Below are positions 25,749-39,188 of a stretch of 64,000 bases of DNA, in pieces. Position 1 is the first letter of the stretch. Every line of letters begins with the position of its first letter. A model generated the notes under the pieces. The model was given only the letters and a program-made list of their open reading frames with translations, was not told where the DNA came from and made no database searches. The DNA is from Camelus dromedarius (lineage: Eukaryota). Position numbers and translations under genes: made by a program. The stretch spans positions 13,392,001-13,456,000 of the forward strand of contig NC_087436.1 of the NCBI RefSeq assembly GCF_036321535.1, given 5' to 3'.

Positions 25749-26412
25749 TTTTTTTTTTAATTAAAAAAAATTTTTTTGGTATATAAATTTTTATTGACGT
25801 ATAGTCAGTTTACAACATTGTGTTGATTTCTGGTGTACAGCATAATGCTTCAGTCTTACATGAACATACATATATTCATTTCATAATTTTCCACCATAAG
25901 TTACTAAAAGATACTGAGTATAGTTCTCTGTGCTATATAGAATGAACTTAGTATCTGCAAATCTTGAACTCCCAATTTATCCCTTCCCACCCTCTTCTCC
26001 TCCTGGTAACCATAAGTTTGTTTCTATGTCTGTGAGTCTATTTCTGTTTTGCAAATAAGTTCATTTGTCTTTTTTTTTTTTTTTTTAGATTCCACAAATA
26101 AGTGATATCATATGGTACTTTTCTTTCTCTTTCTGGCTTACTTCACTTAGTATGACAATCACTAGGGCCATCCATGTTGTTGCAAATGGCATTATTTTAT
26201 TTTTTTATGGCTGAGTAGTATTCAATTGTACAAATATATCACATCTTCTTTATCCAGTCCTCTGTTGATGGACATTTGGGTTGTTTCCACGTCTTGGCTA
26301 TTGTAAATAGTGCTGCTGTGAACACTGGGGTGCATGTATTTTTTGAATTGTTTCCCTCTGGATATATGCCCAGGAGTGGGATTGCTGGATCATTTGGTAA
26401 GTCTGTTTTTAG
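25749..26412 (-). mobile_element. 5'-truncated L1
   Basis: Antisense ORF2 C-terminus (DLPNDPAIPLLGIYP...[30 protein letters not shown]) plus 3'UTR and poly(T). Confidence 0.93.
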
Positions 26413-27504
26413 TCCTCTGAGTTCTCTGGTTATCAAAAAGATCAGAGCTGGCCAGCCCAGCCAGGCTGGCTTAAGCTGAGTTGGCCAGGAGGTGGCCATG
26501 GTTTTCTGAAGGCTACCCTGACCTGCAAACTGGGTTTCAAGAGCCCGCTTCTTGCACATAAGACATGTGCTTGAAGCATGCTTTTTGAAGGAGGGAAGGA
26601 ATGAATGAACAAACAAACAAATGGGTTCCTGCAGATCTGAGTAATGAGTCCGTTATTTTTTCTTATATGTACAATGTGCAGCCCACTCAGACAAGAGTAA
26701 GACTTGCGAAGATAACAGTTTTTCTCCTCTAGGCCCTGGACTCTCAAATCTAATAATCAGGTAAATACCATCTGGTATGTTTCTCTAACACTATCTAAAG
26801 GGGATTTTTTTATTCTAAACTTAACACAAGTGATCAAAAGATGGTTTAAGAACAATATGCAAGCTACTCTCCATGCTTCCATACCCCCAAGCACAAAGCA
26901 CGAGCAGAGGCTTTGGTTTGGATACTAACACCTGGCTCATCTTCACTACAGAGCATCCAAAAGACCACTTGTGGTATCACTGGGAGCCTTCTCTGGATGC
27001 CCCAAGTATTCTTGACCCCAAAGCCTGGTTTGTCTTCCACGATTATTCTTCTGGAAGCACATTTCAGATCATGTCTCACTAGCTCAGAAATGAGTCAATG
27101 TTCTACCACCATCAATAAATAGCATCCTTATTTTGGCAGACCTTCGAGTCTTGTGCTACACTATCTGCCCCCCACCACTAATAGGTGTCACACCAGCCAC
27201 GTGGACCACCATTGCTTTCACCAGTGTCTTGAACCTTCCAACCTCTCTACTGGGCTCACACACTTCCTCAACCTGGGTGTCCTTTTCTCACGTCCATTCC
27301 TTGGGTTTAAATCCCACCTACCCCAGGTCTCAGGCTTTCAGAACTATTGCTCCCTTTCAGCAGCTAGATCCATGATCTCAAGTGCTACTCTAGCAAATGT
27401 TCTGCACACCTCACCTTTGGGTCATATGATCATACTCAATCCAATCCCATTTAGTTTGGGAGAAATTTGTCACTTGTATAATCCACTCAAGAAGATGAAC
27501 TGAC

Positions 27505-28220
27505 AATGGTGCAGCCATTATGGAAAACAGTTTGAAGACTCCTCAAAAAACTAAAAATAGCCTTACCATATGATCCAGCAATCCCACTCCTAAGCATATA
27601 TCTGGAGGGAACTCTAATTCAAAAGACACCTGCACCCCAATGTTCATATCAGCACTCTTTGCAATAGCCAAGACATGAAAATAACCTAAATGTCCATCAA
27701 GGATGACTGGATAAAGAAACTGTGGTAAATTTATACAATGGAATACTACTCAGCCATGAAAAGGAATAAAATAATGCCATTTGCAGCAACATGGATGGAC
27801 CTAGAGATTGTCATTCTAAGTAAGCCAGAAAGATAAAGAAAAATACCATTGATAACACTCATATGTGGAATCTAAAAAAGAGAGATAAAAGAAGACACTG
27901 ATGAACTTATCTACAAAACAGAAACAGACTCAAAGACGTAGAAAACAAACTTACGGTTACCAGGGGAGCAGAGGGGATGGGAAGAGATAAACTGGGAGTT
28001 CAAGATTTGCAAATATTAGCTAATATATATAAAATAGATACATAACAAATTTCTTCTGCATAGCACAGGGAACTATATTCAATATCCTGTAGTAACCTAT
28101 AAGTGAAAAAAATATGAAAATGAATGTATGGATGTATACGCATGACTGGGACATTGGGCTGTGCACCAGAAATTGACATTATAACTGACTATACTTCAAT
28201 TTAAAAAAAAAAAGAAGAAG
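27505..28220 (+). mobile_element. 5'-truncated L1
   Basis: TGGTGCAGCCATTATGGAAAACAG...TGATCCAGCAATCCCACTCC... through TATACTTCAATTTAAAAAAAA. Confidence 0.93.
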
Positions 28221-28319
28221 AAAGATGAACTGACCATACCAGCAAACTGCCAAGATGAGCGAGAGAGAGCACACTTCTTTGATGATCCAGAAGAAACTGC
28301 TTAGGGACAGGTTTCCATG

Positions 28320-28500
28320 ACACACAATCCTTGGCACAAAAACTATAAAAATATCCCACTGGACGGAGGATGGGTGTGACTGGGGAGGGAGAGCACAGGG
28401 AGGTTTTAGGAGTGAGGAAACTGCTCTGTAACCTGACTGGGGGGGGGGGGAGGTGGTAACACAAGCCTATAAATGGAAAATTCATGGAACTAAACACCAA
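28320..28500 (+). mobile_element. Old L1 (L1MB/ME) 3'UTR fragment
   Basis: GACTGGGGAGGG...CACAGGGAGGTTTTAGGAGTGAGGAAACTGCTCTGTAACCTGA...AAAATTCATGGAACT. Confidence 0.55.
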
Positions 28501-29883
28501 ACAAAGGAAAACTCAACCTTTCTATATTATCTTAGTTGTTTCTTTTTTTTTTTTTTCCATTTTAAGTGTTCTACCAGAGAAGTGAACTATGCATGAATAA
28601 TCAGTCATTATTTTTGGAAAATAGCTGTCAAGCAGGGTCAAATTAATGACCTACCTTTGACAGGAGTCCAGCTCCAAGATGATAAACAGCATTGGTTTTG
28701 TGTTTGAGGGTGAGGGGAGGGAGTTTAGGAAAAAGAACGTTTTAATGCCAAACAATACTGTACAGTCTGCAAACTTTGGCTTTGGTATATGTCGCACCAG
28801 ACTTAATTTGCAATTTCCTTTCTCACGTACCTTAAAACAAGACCTTAATACAAATGTAACATAGCGATTTTATATACAGCTTTTCTTCACCTGACCTGGA
28901 GCTTTATATTTCTTTTCATTCTTGATTTCTTATCTAATTAGTTTAGTTATTTCAACTAAACCTGGCTTCAGGTGATGCAGGCAATTTGTTTTGGAGCCAT
29001 AAAACTCTGTGTTGTTTTTAATGTTACTAGAGTTTTCCAAAATATGCCCTAATTTCATCATTTGTGACCTGCTTTGTCAGGTTAACAATTCGTTTCTATA
29101 TTCATAATGACTTGATGCCTACAGTAAAATCCAGTGTGAAACATAGATTATCTAATGTGGTATCTCTTCCATTGTTTCTTCACATTAAACTAATTTCCAT
29201 CCTCACGTAATTCTGTAACAATCCCAACTGAAATCCACCAGGGGTTGGTGAAAATTCAGGTTCAAGTGAAAAAAGATTGAAATGAGTTCTTAGTGGAACC
29301 CGGAGACCTGACAAATTTAAAAGCTGCCTAATTCCTAGCCAGGTTATAAAAGACTTTCAACACTGAGAAGATGCCGCCCAGATTCTCAGCAGATTTTGCT
29401 GAGGGCTGTGGTGACCAGGCCAACTTTGGGAGTATGGGGGGTTTGGGGTTATAATCCACAGAGAATGCAAAGACAAACAAAAAGTAAAAACTCTCTGCTT
29501 ATTAATTTCTAAAAAGCCCTTGCACTCAGCCAGGTTATATACACTGTACGTTTTATGGTGTGCTCCCGATTTCACATGCCAGAATTTGCGGGTATACACT
29601 CAACAACAAAAATGAATACAACGTGACGTTTGAAAAATTCTTAGCAACCCGTTCATGCGGAGTTAACTTCCAGGCAATGTACCCTCTGCACGTGAAGTCG
29701 CTGGGTCTTAGAAGGGTGAAGTTCTAAGTCTCAATATTAAAAAAAGTTTCTGTTGAGGACAAAACTGTTACCTCAGTTCTCTGCCTCAGTTAAAATTGCT
29801 TTAATGGAGGGCAATTTGACCTAAGGGAAAGTAAGTAGAGGCTGGGATTAAAACTAAAAATCAATATACAAGAAAGAGGGGGC

Positions 29884-31498
29884 GGTCTCATTTGCAAAAA
29901 TTTTTTCCCATTCAGTAGGTTCTCGTTTTGTTTTACTTACGGTTTCCTTCACTTTGCAGAAGCTTGAAAGTTTAATTAGGTCCCACTTGTTTATTCTTGC
30001 TTTTATTTCTATTGCTTGGGTAGACTGCCCTAGGAGAGCATTTTTGAGATGTTTGTCAGATAATGTTTTGCCTTATTTTCTTCTAGGAGGTTTACTGTAT
30101 CTTGTCTTATGTTTAAGTCTTTGATCCATTTTGAGTTGATTTTTGTGTATGGTGTAAGGGAGTGTTCTAGCTTCATTGCTTTACATGCAGCTGTCCAGTT
30201 TTCCCAACACCATTTGCTGAAGAGACTGTCTTTATTCCATTGTATATTCTTCCCTCCTTTGTCGAACATTAGTTGACCAAAAGTCTATGGGTTCATTTCT
30301 GGGCTCTCTATTCTGTTCCATTGGTCTATATGTCTGTTTTTGTACCAGTACCATGCTGTCTTGATGACTGTAGCTCTATAGTATTGTCTGAAGTCTGGGA
30401 GAGTTATTCCTCCAGCCTCTTTCTTTTTCTTCAGTAATGCTTTGGCAAGTCTAGGTCTTTTGTGGTTCCATGTAAATTTTATCTCCAGAATATATAAGCA
30501 GCTCATATGACTTAATAAGAAAAAAACAAACAACCCAATCCAAAAATGGGCAGAAGACCTAAACAAGCAATTCTCCAAGGAAGACATACAGATGATCAAT
30601 AGGCACATGAAAAAATGCTCAATATCACTAATTATCAGAGAAATGCAAATCAAAACTACAATGAAGTATCACCTCACACCAGTCAGAAGGGCCATCATTC
30701 AAAAGTCCACAAATGACAGATGCTGGAAAGGCTGTGGAGAAAGGGGAACCCTCCTTCACTGCTGGTGGGGATGCAGTTTGGTGCAGCCACTGTGGAAAAC
30801 AGTATGGAGATTCCTCAAAAGACTAGGAATAGACTTACTGTATGACCCAGGAATCCCGCTCCTGAGCATATATCCAGAAGGAACCCTACTTCAAAAAGAC
30901 ACCTGCACCCCAATGTTCATAGCAGCACTATTTACAATAGCCAAGGCATGGAGACAGCCTAAATGTCCATCAACAGATGACTGGATAAAGAAGAGGTGGT
31001 ATATTTATACAATGGAATACTATTCAGCCATAAAAACTGACCACATAATGCCATTTGCAGCAACATGGATGCTCCTGGAGAATGTCATTCTAAGTGAAGT
31101 AAGCCAGAAACAGAAAGAAAAATACCATATGAGGTCGCTCATATGCGGAATCTTAAAACAAAAACAAAACAAAACAAACAAACAAACAAAAAACCATAAA
31201 TACAAAACAGAAACAGATTCATAGACATAGAATACAAACTTTGCCAGGGGGATGTGGGGTGGGAAGGGACAGACTAGGGTTTCAAAATGTAGAACAGATA
31301 AACAGAATTGTACTATGTAGCACAGGGGAATATATACAGGATCTTGTGATAGCTCACAGCAAAAAAAAAAAAAATGTGACAATGAATGTATGTATGTTCA
31401 TGTATAACTGAAAAATTGTGCTCTACACTGGAATTTGACACATTGTAAAATGAGTATAACTCAATAAAAAATGTTAAACTTTAAAAAAAGAAAAAAGA
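29884..31498 (+). mobile_element. L1 with 5' inversion (29884-~30478 antisense; ~30479-31498 sense), 14-bp TSD
   Basis: Minus-strand ORF2 peptides [13 protein letters not shown]...[26 protein letters not shown] and [24 protein letters not shown]; plus-strand ORF 30592-31224 with the ORF2 CCHC motif ([18 protein letters not shown]). TSD AAGAAAGAGGGGGC (29870-29883) / AAGAAAAAGGGGGC (31499-31512). Confidence 0.93.
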
Positions 31499-34400
31499 AA
31501 GAAAAAGGGGGCAATTTCTTTCTAATCACATACCTCTAAACTTTCACAGCTTTAAAAATACTTAATCATATTCTCCAATTTTGACTTGTTCATTTTCTCT
31601 CTCTGGGAAAGATTTTAATGGTAGGGTTACCAGAACCCTCTTCTCCATAACAGCTTCTTCTACCAATTTCTCACTGAAAAATTCTAGATTGAAAATCTGC
31701 AGCAACTCCTGCCCAGAAAGGAATAAAGCTCTGGAAACTTTCAAACTCATAGCTTGATGGTATAACACACAAATAATCATCACGTACTGATAAGGGAGAA
31801 CTGCCTTCAGTCGAGAAATTGTAGTAGTGTAAAGTATAATAATAGATCATAACTGGAGAATGGAGGTCACATTTGGAGCCTTTCTTCCTGGAACTGCTAC
31901 ACTGGGGAGCAAGCATCTTGCTCTGCAGGAGTATCTGGGACTCGGTAAGCATCCGTTCCGGTACACTAGTCGTGACTAGACATTGTTCTATGTCCAGCGG
32001 TAGAAAACAATCAGGGTGGATCTGAAGGAACTCAGACAAGAGAAGCAAGAGAAGCGGCCTCACTCTGCTTCCCTTCACCAGCTCTCTGCATGTGACTGTT
32101 ATTGGGGGAAGCTAAAACAATTTTTCCTGGCAAAATCTCATATTTTCTTAGCCTAACAACAATGATCTCATTATTACCGACCCATCATCAGAAGGGGAAA
32201 GCCCACTTCGAACTGTTGTTTCCAACAGTGGCGGTGGATTTGCACAGAGCCATCCATATTCCCCTGGGCTCGCTTGTGACCAGTGGTGGAGAAAGGGCAC
32301 TGGCTCTGGCCGAAGAACAGGTCGGAAGGGGCGTCACATCCACAGTCCCAACAGCACATGCTACCACTGGCCTCCCGGAGGTCTCCGAGAACTGAGCACA
32401 GGACAACAGTAACAAGAACAGCTCATCAAGAGAGACAAGGACCTGGGGAGTTGAACACGAATGAATAGGCACTTAAGATAAAGAATAATACAGTATGCTT
32501 CTAGAGAAAAGCATGAAAATTAAATGAATGTATTATAAAATATTAAAAAAAAAAAAACCTATCCTAGTTCTGTGGATGGTGTGGTCTTCGTTTTAAAAAA
32601 AATAAGTCAAGAATTAAAGTAATATCTAGCAATTTCAAGTAAAATATACACACACACATTCCCAAAATGCCCTTGCCACAGCTAACGGCAGATAGGAAAC
32701 TCTTCCAATTACTTACCTAATAAGGAGTCTAAACTCTAACTTTTTAAACTAAACAGAGATTTGTGTGTGTATGTGTGTGAGTGTGTGAGCACGTGCACTC
32801 TAATGTTGGTTTTTCAAACAAAAAAGTCTTTGGTTACTAGTTTTCGAATGGCCTCGGCTCTCTGCTTGGTTATCTCAGCCTTGCATTGATGGAAGGGAAC
32901 TTGGAGGTTATCCCCGTCAACCTCTTCAGTTTAGAAGGAAAAGACCTGGATGGCTGTGCACTTTGATGAGGGAGGACCAAGAGGTGAGCACCTGACATCA
33001 AGCCAGCGCTCACTGAGCTCTTCAGGCCAACTCTGCTGATTTCACAGCTTAATTATCTAACAAAAGAGAGTGAGCAGTAGAGAGAAAAAGGTGTCCATCC
33101 CTGTGACTTGACCACTAGGGGAACGTCACTGTATCCTCTTACAGTTTTGGAGTCTAAGATCCAAGGCAGATCCATCTGTGCCCAAGCAGCCTGAAGTAGA
33201 GACTAGGAGGCAGTTTATTTGAGCACCTTGAGCAGCCTTGAAATAGACACTGAAAGTGTTTGCTTTAGAAACCATGTCTTGGTAAGTTGAGATTTGAGTA
33301 ACGGCTGGGGACCTGTTATCCTTCAAGCCAGCCAGTTCCTTCAGTGCTTCTGAGAGCAATGCCTGTTCAGAGAGGACAACCAGGCAAAGGCACTCGTTAC
33401 CCAGAGGCCTTTGCTCTAAACCCCATGATCGTTCTTCTATTTATGTCAAGGCTAGAGGGAGGGCGGGGCCTCTGGTCCCCAGCCCACATGGAAGGCTCGT
33501 CTCCATCCTATCACTCTGATGACAAGCAAAGGTCAGTGAAGGAAATGTGCTGAGGGTAATGAAGGGAAAGCGAGAGTTGCTTTACAGAGCCTAGAGCTGG
33601 TCTGACGTCCTCTCAAGGGCAGGACAAGCTAGCTAAGAAGGACAAGTCCAAGAGGAGACCACTGCAAGTCCAGACCTTGAACTCATTCTCCAATTAACAC
33701 CAAAGCACCACAGCCTTGTACTGTGGGCCACGTGATATCCTTGACCTTGATCCATTTTGATCAGAACTCCTTCCCTTGGATGGACACGGGAGAAGGAAAA
33801 GAAAACACAAAACCTGGTACTTGCACCAAAATCAAACCCCCCATTCCTCTGTGTGCAGCGTAGACACATCGCAAATGAGACCAGACCTAAATAGAAGCCT
33901 CCACGGCAGATGTCCAGCACCACCTCTCCCCTGATTTGGGTCAGTAGAAATGATCCCTCCACCGCCCGCAGATAGCCATTTGCCTGTGCTCGGGCACAGA
34001 GGAGGAACCCACCATCACTCCAAAAATATATTAAAATCCTACACTCGGCCTGGGACTTTTAAACTTCCTTCCAGTTCCCTGAGCATCAGCCATAGTAAAT
34101 GGGAAAGACATGTAATCTAAACCACTGAGGACAAAAGCCCCAAAAGTTCTGACTCCTCCCCTTGGATCACCATCCCTTACTTACTGTTAGGTGTCTCTGG
34201 TTAGCGTTAGTGCGTCGGGCTGCCTCCCTCCCAGTGGGGTTCAAGCTATCTTGATACCACGATGGACTAAACACTGAGCAATAACCCACAGAGCATGCCG
34301 CCTAGTCCAGAAAGGCACGTGGCTGGGTTCTGTCCTCCCCTCTCCCATAAGCCCACCCTTACTTGCTGAAAGCTCTTTCCATTCAGGGGAAACCTTCTGA

Positions 34401-36214
34401 GTAAAAACTGGACAGCACTTTGCTAGGTCAGGTGGCTCTTCCCTTGTCAGAAAGGAAAGCCAACAGGTGAATAGTCTCACGTCCCAATTGTCTCTATGGA
34501 AAGTGATTTCTCCCTTGAAAAGTTCCAACAGGCTAGTGTAAAAGCCCACATAGTCTAGGCTCTGAATATACGTGGGTCATGTTGGGTCTCTGGTCCTTCA
34601 AGAGCTGCTGCCCCCTGAGTAAAAGGACAACTTCATTGAAATGTGTTGTTCTTAGCTGACCCAATTTTGCCTCTTGCAGATCCAGAAAAGCAAGACGATT
34701 TTAACTATTTAGGTTTGCAATCAATGGCAGATAGTCATTGAGTTGATTGTGGGATCATATCATATAATGTAATTGAGATATTTTTTGAAAGAGATGGATC
34801 CAATCTGTCGACATGTGGAAGGGTCTATTTCCCTCTCCAATGCGTGGGCTGTACTTATCCCAACTGATGGCTCTCAGAAGAGTTACAGTTTAACAAACTT
34901 CTTCAGTCCTTGAGATGTAGGTACCTGAAAATCACCAAGATGCCATCCTTCCTGAGAATTAAGACCGCTCTCTTCACCCCATTCATTAGTAGACTATTTT
35001 AACTCTATTCAATGTAGAAAAAATTCTCCCTCGCTGTCCTTTGCGAAGTGGTAGAGCTGAGAACAGGACCCCAGTTTCCTGGCTCTTGTGATTTTGTCCA
35101 CAGTTCCTCTCGGTTTTAGAATTACATATACACTTCTGGTGTGCCTCTTTGGCTCCAGCTATGTTATTAAACTATTATTACCTAACAATACTCCCATTAA
35201 TCACAGTGACAGATGGAAACCAGCCCTGGTCATGTTCTCTGAACTCCACGTCAAACAGTCCCAATGCTAATGGAGATGACGCCAGCCATGAATTAGCCCT
35301 AAAAGCTTCTGTTTATCCTCCCCCAGCCCCTTTCCAATTACTGTTCATTGCAATGCCTTTTTCTCGTCACAAGACTCCATGCTTCTATATGGAGCGACTC
35401 CGTATGGAATTCTGGGAAACGGTTTTCTGTTGACAGACACCATATAATGATGATAAACGATGGACGAGTCAGCCGTCTTAAAACTGTTATTCCCTTAGCA
35501 GCCCACTTCCAAATACACGGAGCATTTCTACAGGCTTCAGCAGCAGAAAGCTGCAAACCTGGAAAAAATTCTCCATTCAACCCCCTTTCACAGACTGAGG
35601 GAAAGAAGTGATACTAAACAGAAAATGTAAATCACCTGTGAGGTAATACACCCCAAATGATGCCTTGAAAGTGTCGAGGGTGCATAAACAGTTTCTTCAC
35701 AAAAGACCTTTGTTCTGACTGAACTACAAATGGGGGTGTTGGTTCCCCTCGCTTTCCCTGAATAAATTGCACCTTAAAGTTAAGGGTTCCATGTAACCAT
35801 GACTGTCTCTCTCGGAAAAGATGCAGAATTTTTTAAAACTCAGTTGTGCGTTTGGGCTCTTGTCACTGAAAGCCATTTGCTATCCCATCTTTGAAGAAGC
35901 TGTTAGTTATATAACTCCACACAATTCATAGGTTATTAACAGAAGCAAAATGTATAATAAAGAGGCTGGCCCTGGAAAGCATAGAGCAGCTAATATAACT
36001 CTCTGCTGCTCCCATTGACGGATGCTAAAAACTGAATTTCAAAAGGTGGGTTTGCGTGAGTTTGTTGGATGTTGTTCTACCCCCACTGATCCCACTGAGA
36101 GATAAAAAGAGAAAGTATCATTAAAAAAAAAAAAAAAACACTCCAAAGTCGCTACTGCTCTTGCTATTAACCCCATCTTGCTGTTGATTTGATCACTAAG
36201 CACCAAAGGCAGAA

Positions 36215-36665
36215 TAGAATTGCTCTGACCAATACGGTAACCGCTAGCCACATGTGGCGATTTAAAATTTCAATTAATTAAAATTAAGCAAAACTTGTAG
36301 AATAGATAAACAAGATTATACTGTATAGCACAGGGAAATATACACAAGATCTTATGGTAGCTCACAGAGAAAAAAATGTGACAATGAATATATATATATA
36401 TTCATGTATGACTGAAAAATTGTGCTCTACACTGGAATTTGACACAACATTGTAAAATGATTATAAATCAATAAAAAAATTTTTTTAAAAAGAAAGAGAA
36501 ATAATAAAATAAAATAAAATTAAGCAAAACTTAAAATCCAGTTGCTTAGTTACAAAAGCCACATTTCAAGTGTGTGAGAGGCACGTGTGACTTCGTGGCT
36601 GCCATATTGGATGGTGCAAACATAGAACATTTTCATCACTGCAGAAAGGTCTATTGGACAGCAGT
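36215..36665. mobile_element. MER3 (hAT-Charlie) split by an L1 tail
   Basis: CCAATACGGTAACCGCTAGCCACATGTGGCGATT ... AGCCACATTTCAAGTG...ATAGAACATTTTCATCACTGCAGAAAGGTCTATTGGACAGC. Confidence 0.8.
36297..36515 (+). mobile_element. L1 3'UTR tail with 17-18 bp TSD
   Basis: TSD TAAAATTAAGCAAAACTT at 36279-36296 and 36515-36532. Confidence 0.92.
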
Positions 36666-36677
36666 GGCATAGAGTAT

Positions 36678-37170
36678 TCACTCACTTATCCACTGAGAAA
36701 ATATTTGTTGAGTACGGTAGTGACCAAAACAAAGTTTGTGCTCAAGGAAAGAACATTCTACAAGGGAGAAACAAACAAATCAGTGAACAAGATTGTCTTA
36801 CCTAGCATGAGTTGCTGTGAAGAAAATGAAACCAGGTGATAAGGTGGCAATGATCGGACTGGAGGTGAAGTGGGGGTGGGGGGTTTTGAATCAGGTGGCC
36901 ATGGAAGCCCTCTCTGTGAAGGTGACATCTAAGCAGAGCCTCAAATGACAAGAAAGAGGCAGCCACAGAAATCTGGGGACAGAGCATTCCAATCAGAGGC
37001 AAGCGGAAATGCTCAGGCTCTAACATGGGAACCGCTGGGAGCCTCTGTAGGGCAGAGGGAAGGCAGGGTGGCTGGCACGTAGAGTCAGGGTGGTGGGCGA
37101 TGATGTCAGATCTGTCAGCCCAGGCCAGGTCCAGTAGGGCCCTGTCAGTCACCAAGGACAGCTCAGATTT
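36678..37170 (-). mobile_element. L2 3' region
   Basis: ATTCACTCACTTATCC...AAATATTTGTTGAGTAC, and GGAAGCCCTCTCTGTGAAGGTGACATCTAAGCAGAGCCTCAAATGACAAGAAAGAGGCAGCCAC. Confidence 0.8.
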
Positions 37171-37787
37171 AAGGAACCAAACATAACACTCCCTTAAAGC
37201 TCTCAATTTGAAGGAAAAAAATACACTTTGAGAAATAACTCATTGTTACTTCTCCAAAAGCAATTAACATCAAGGGCATCACACAGCTTTGTAAGCAGCT
37301 GCTGCTGAAAGTAACCAAACTTCACTGCGGCTGCTCTGAAAACCATGCAGAATTTTACGACCATCCCACGACTTCCCCCAATACTTCTTTGGGGAAACTA
37401 TTAAGTATTGTTCATAGAGGGATGAGTAACTAAAAAAAAATACATACATACGTGCATACATAAAAATGAAAATTCACTTAACAAAGACAGTGAGTGGCTT
37501 AGAAGTCACCTCCACACTGACAGCTCAGTGCCCTCATGAGACTGGAACAACTAGCAAGGCCACCCAGGTAAGGAGCAGAATCACCCTGATCATTTACTAG
37601 AGAAAATACGATCATTTGTTTGGATTAGCAATAAACTAAATGTAGCCTCATATTGTCTCCAGATGGGAAGAAACTTGTCAAATCCTTCTTTTACAGTTGA
37701 GGAAACTGAGACCCAGAAAAGGTAAGTTAACCTTCAGTGCCACCTGGCAAATGATTTTCTAGTCTTATCTAAATGAATTAAATATCC

Positions 37788-38063
37788 TTTTTTTAATTTT
37801 ATTTTACTGAGTTATAGTCAGTTTACATTGTGTCAATTTCCAGTTAAAGCACAATTTTTTAGTTATATATGAACATATATATATTCACTGTCACATTCTT
37901 TTTCACCGTGAGCTACCACAAGATCTTGTATACATTTCCCTGTGCTATACAGTATAATCTTGTTTATCTATTCGACATATGCCTGTCAGTATCTACAAAT
38001 TTTCAAACTCCTAGTCTGTCCCTTCCCACCCCCTTCCACCCAGCAACCACAAGTTTGTATTCT
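37788..38063 (-). mobile_element. L1 3'UTR fragment
   Basis: Reverse complement of the same subfamily as 39778-40140; degenerate TSD AAATATCCTTT / AAACATCTTTT. Confidence 0.9.
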
Positions 38064-38562
38064 ATAAACATCTTTTAAAAAAGGAAAAATTGGCTTTATG
38101 AATGAACTGAACAAAGATATTAACACATTAGATATAAAATTGGTTATTCAAAAATCCCATGTGAATGAGCATGCCATCCACCTCCCCATTTTCCAGGGTC
38201 TGTTAGCACCGTCATGCCCTTGTGGACACAGACGTTGCCCCAGGGTGCTCCCAGGGATCAGTGCGATGTGAGAGGCCGGAGCAAAAGCCAAGGAGACTCA
38301 CTGATTTCACACAACATCTCAAGGGACAGAGGTTCACTAATGACAGGAGGAAAGTGAGCACAAGCGAAGCGATCCCTGTAAAATCTTCTCCAATGGGGCT
38401 GGGCGACGGGGCTGGGAAGGCCCAGACACTGACTGGGTAACTGACCGATCCAGGATGTCAGCTGCTGGCTGGGTTCCAGGTGGAATGTTGGGGTTTTCCC
38501 CTGGGGCTTGTTGTGGCCGGTGATCCACAGTAACTGGGCAGAGTCCTGGGTGGGTCAGTGCC

Positions 38563-39188
38563 CTGGAGGGGCTGCCGTCCTCTGTGGAGCTTGGCTTTGG
38601 GCAGATCCTTAGGACTCTGAGTGCGGTCCTGGTGTTGCTGCTGCCCAATGGCCTGTGTTCTCAGCTCATGTTCCAGAGCCTCCACTGGGAGACAGCGTTG
38701 AGGTCTGTCCTCACCTTGTTGGTGGGTGTGTTATTTACTTGCAGACTTGTTCAATCCGTTAGAAGTCAACTTAATGGAAGACATGAAAAGCAACTGGCAA
38801 AAACACTGGCTGCACAGACTGAGGAGAAATGCCACCTCATTGACAAGCTTTGTGGGCTAAAAAGGAGTGCGCCAGGATGGAGACAACTGTAAGGAACGCC
38901 AGGCTGGAGGAGGAGCCAGTAAACATACCCAGCCTCGCTGACACTTACAGGAAGTTGACGATGGTCAACCTGAGCTTGAGGAAGGAAATCAATTTTCTTG
39001 TCTAAGAACTGAAGAGAGAGAGATCCCTGCAGTCTATATGAGAAGAGATGGCGGAGATGTTAACAGTGCTTAAGTTTCTGGAAGAGGTCATGAGAATCAG
39101 CACATCACAAGGGGCTTTTACAAACCAGCTAGGGGACCAAGCACCGAGTCCTGATGGTCCCTTTCCCAGGAGTGGGCCCTTGTGTTAA
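38563..39188 (+). pseudogene. Intronless, disabled cTAGE-family (MIA2/cTAGE5-related) copy
   Basis: Translation (L)EGLPSSVELGFGQILRTLSAVLVLLLPNG...LHWETALRSVLTLLVGVLFTCRLVQSVRSQLNGRHEKQLAKTLAAQTEEKCHLIDKLC/AKKECARMETTVRNARLEEEPVNIPSLADTYRKLTMVNLSLRKEINFLV*ELKRERSLQSI*EEMAEMLTVLKFLEE aligns collinearly with the recalled cTAGE5 N-terminus (LPEG..FPWE..TM..RSVRSRL..REKKLA..EEKSKL..KE..SLE..KL..ELKEEKS..ELMA). CTG stands where ATG is expected (38563); -1 frameshift at ~38854; stops at 39003 and 39039; no introns. Confidence 0.85.

Noticed and set aside
30592..31224. 210-aa ORF, the longest in the window
   Set aside because: C-terminal fragment of L1 ORF2 in a truncated element, not a host gene.
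35383..35409. 12-bp hairpin TTCTATATGGAG-CGA-CTCCGTATGGAA
   Set aside because: Too short for a pre-miRNA, needs two G-U pairs, and is expected by chance in 64 kb.
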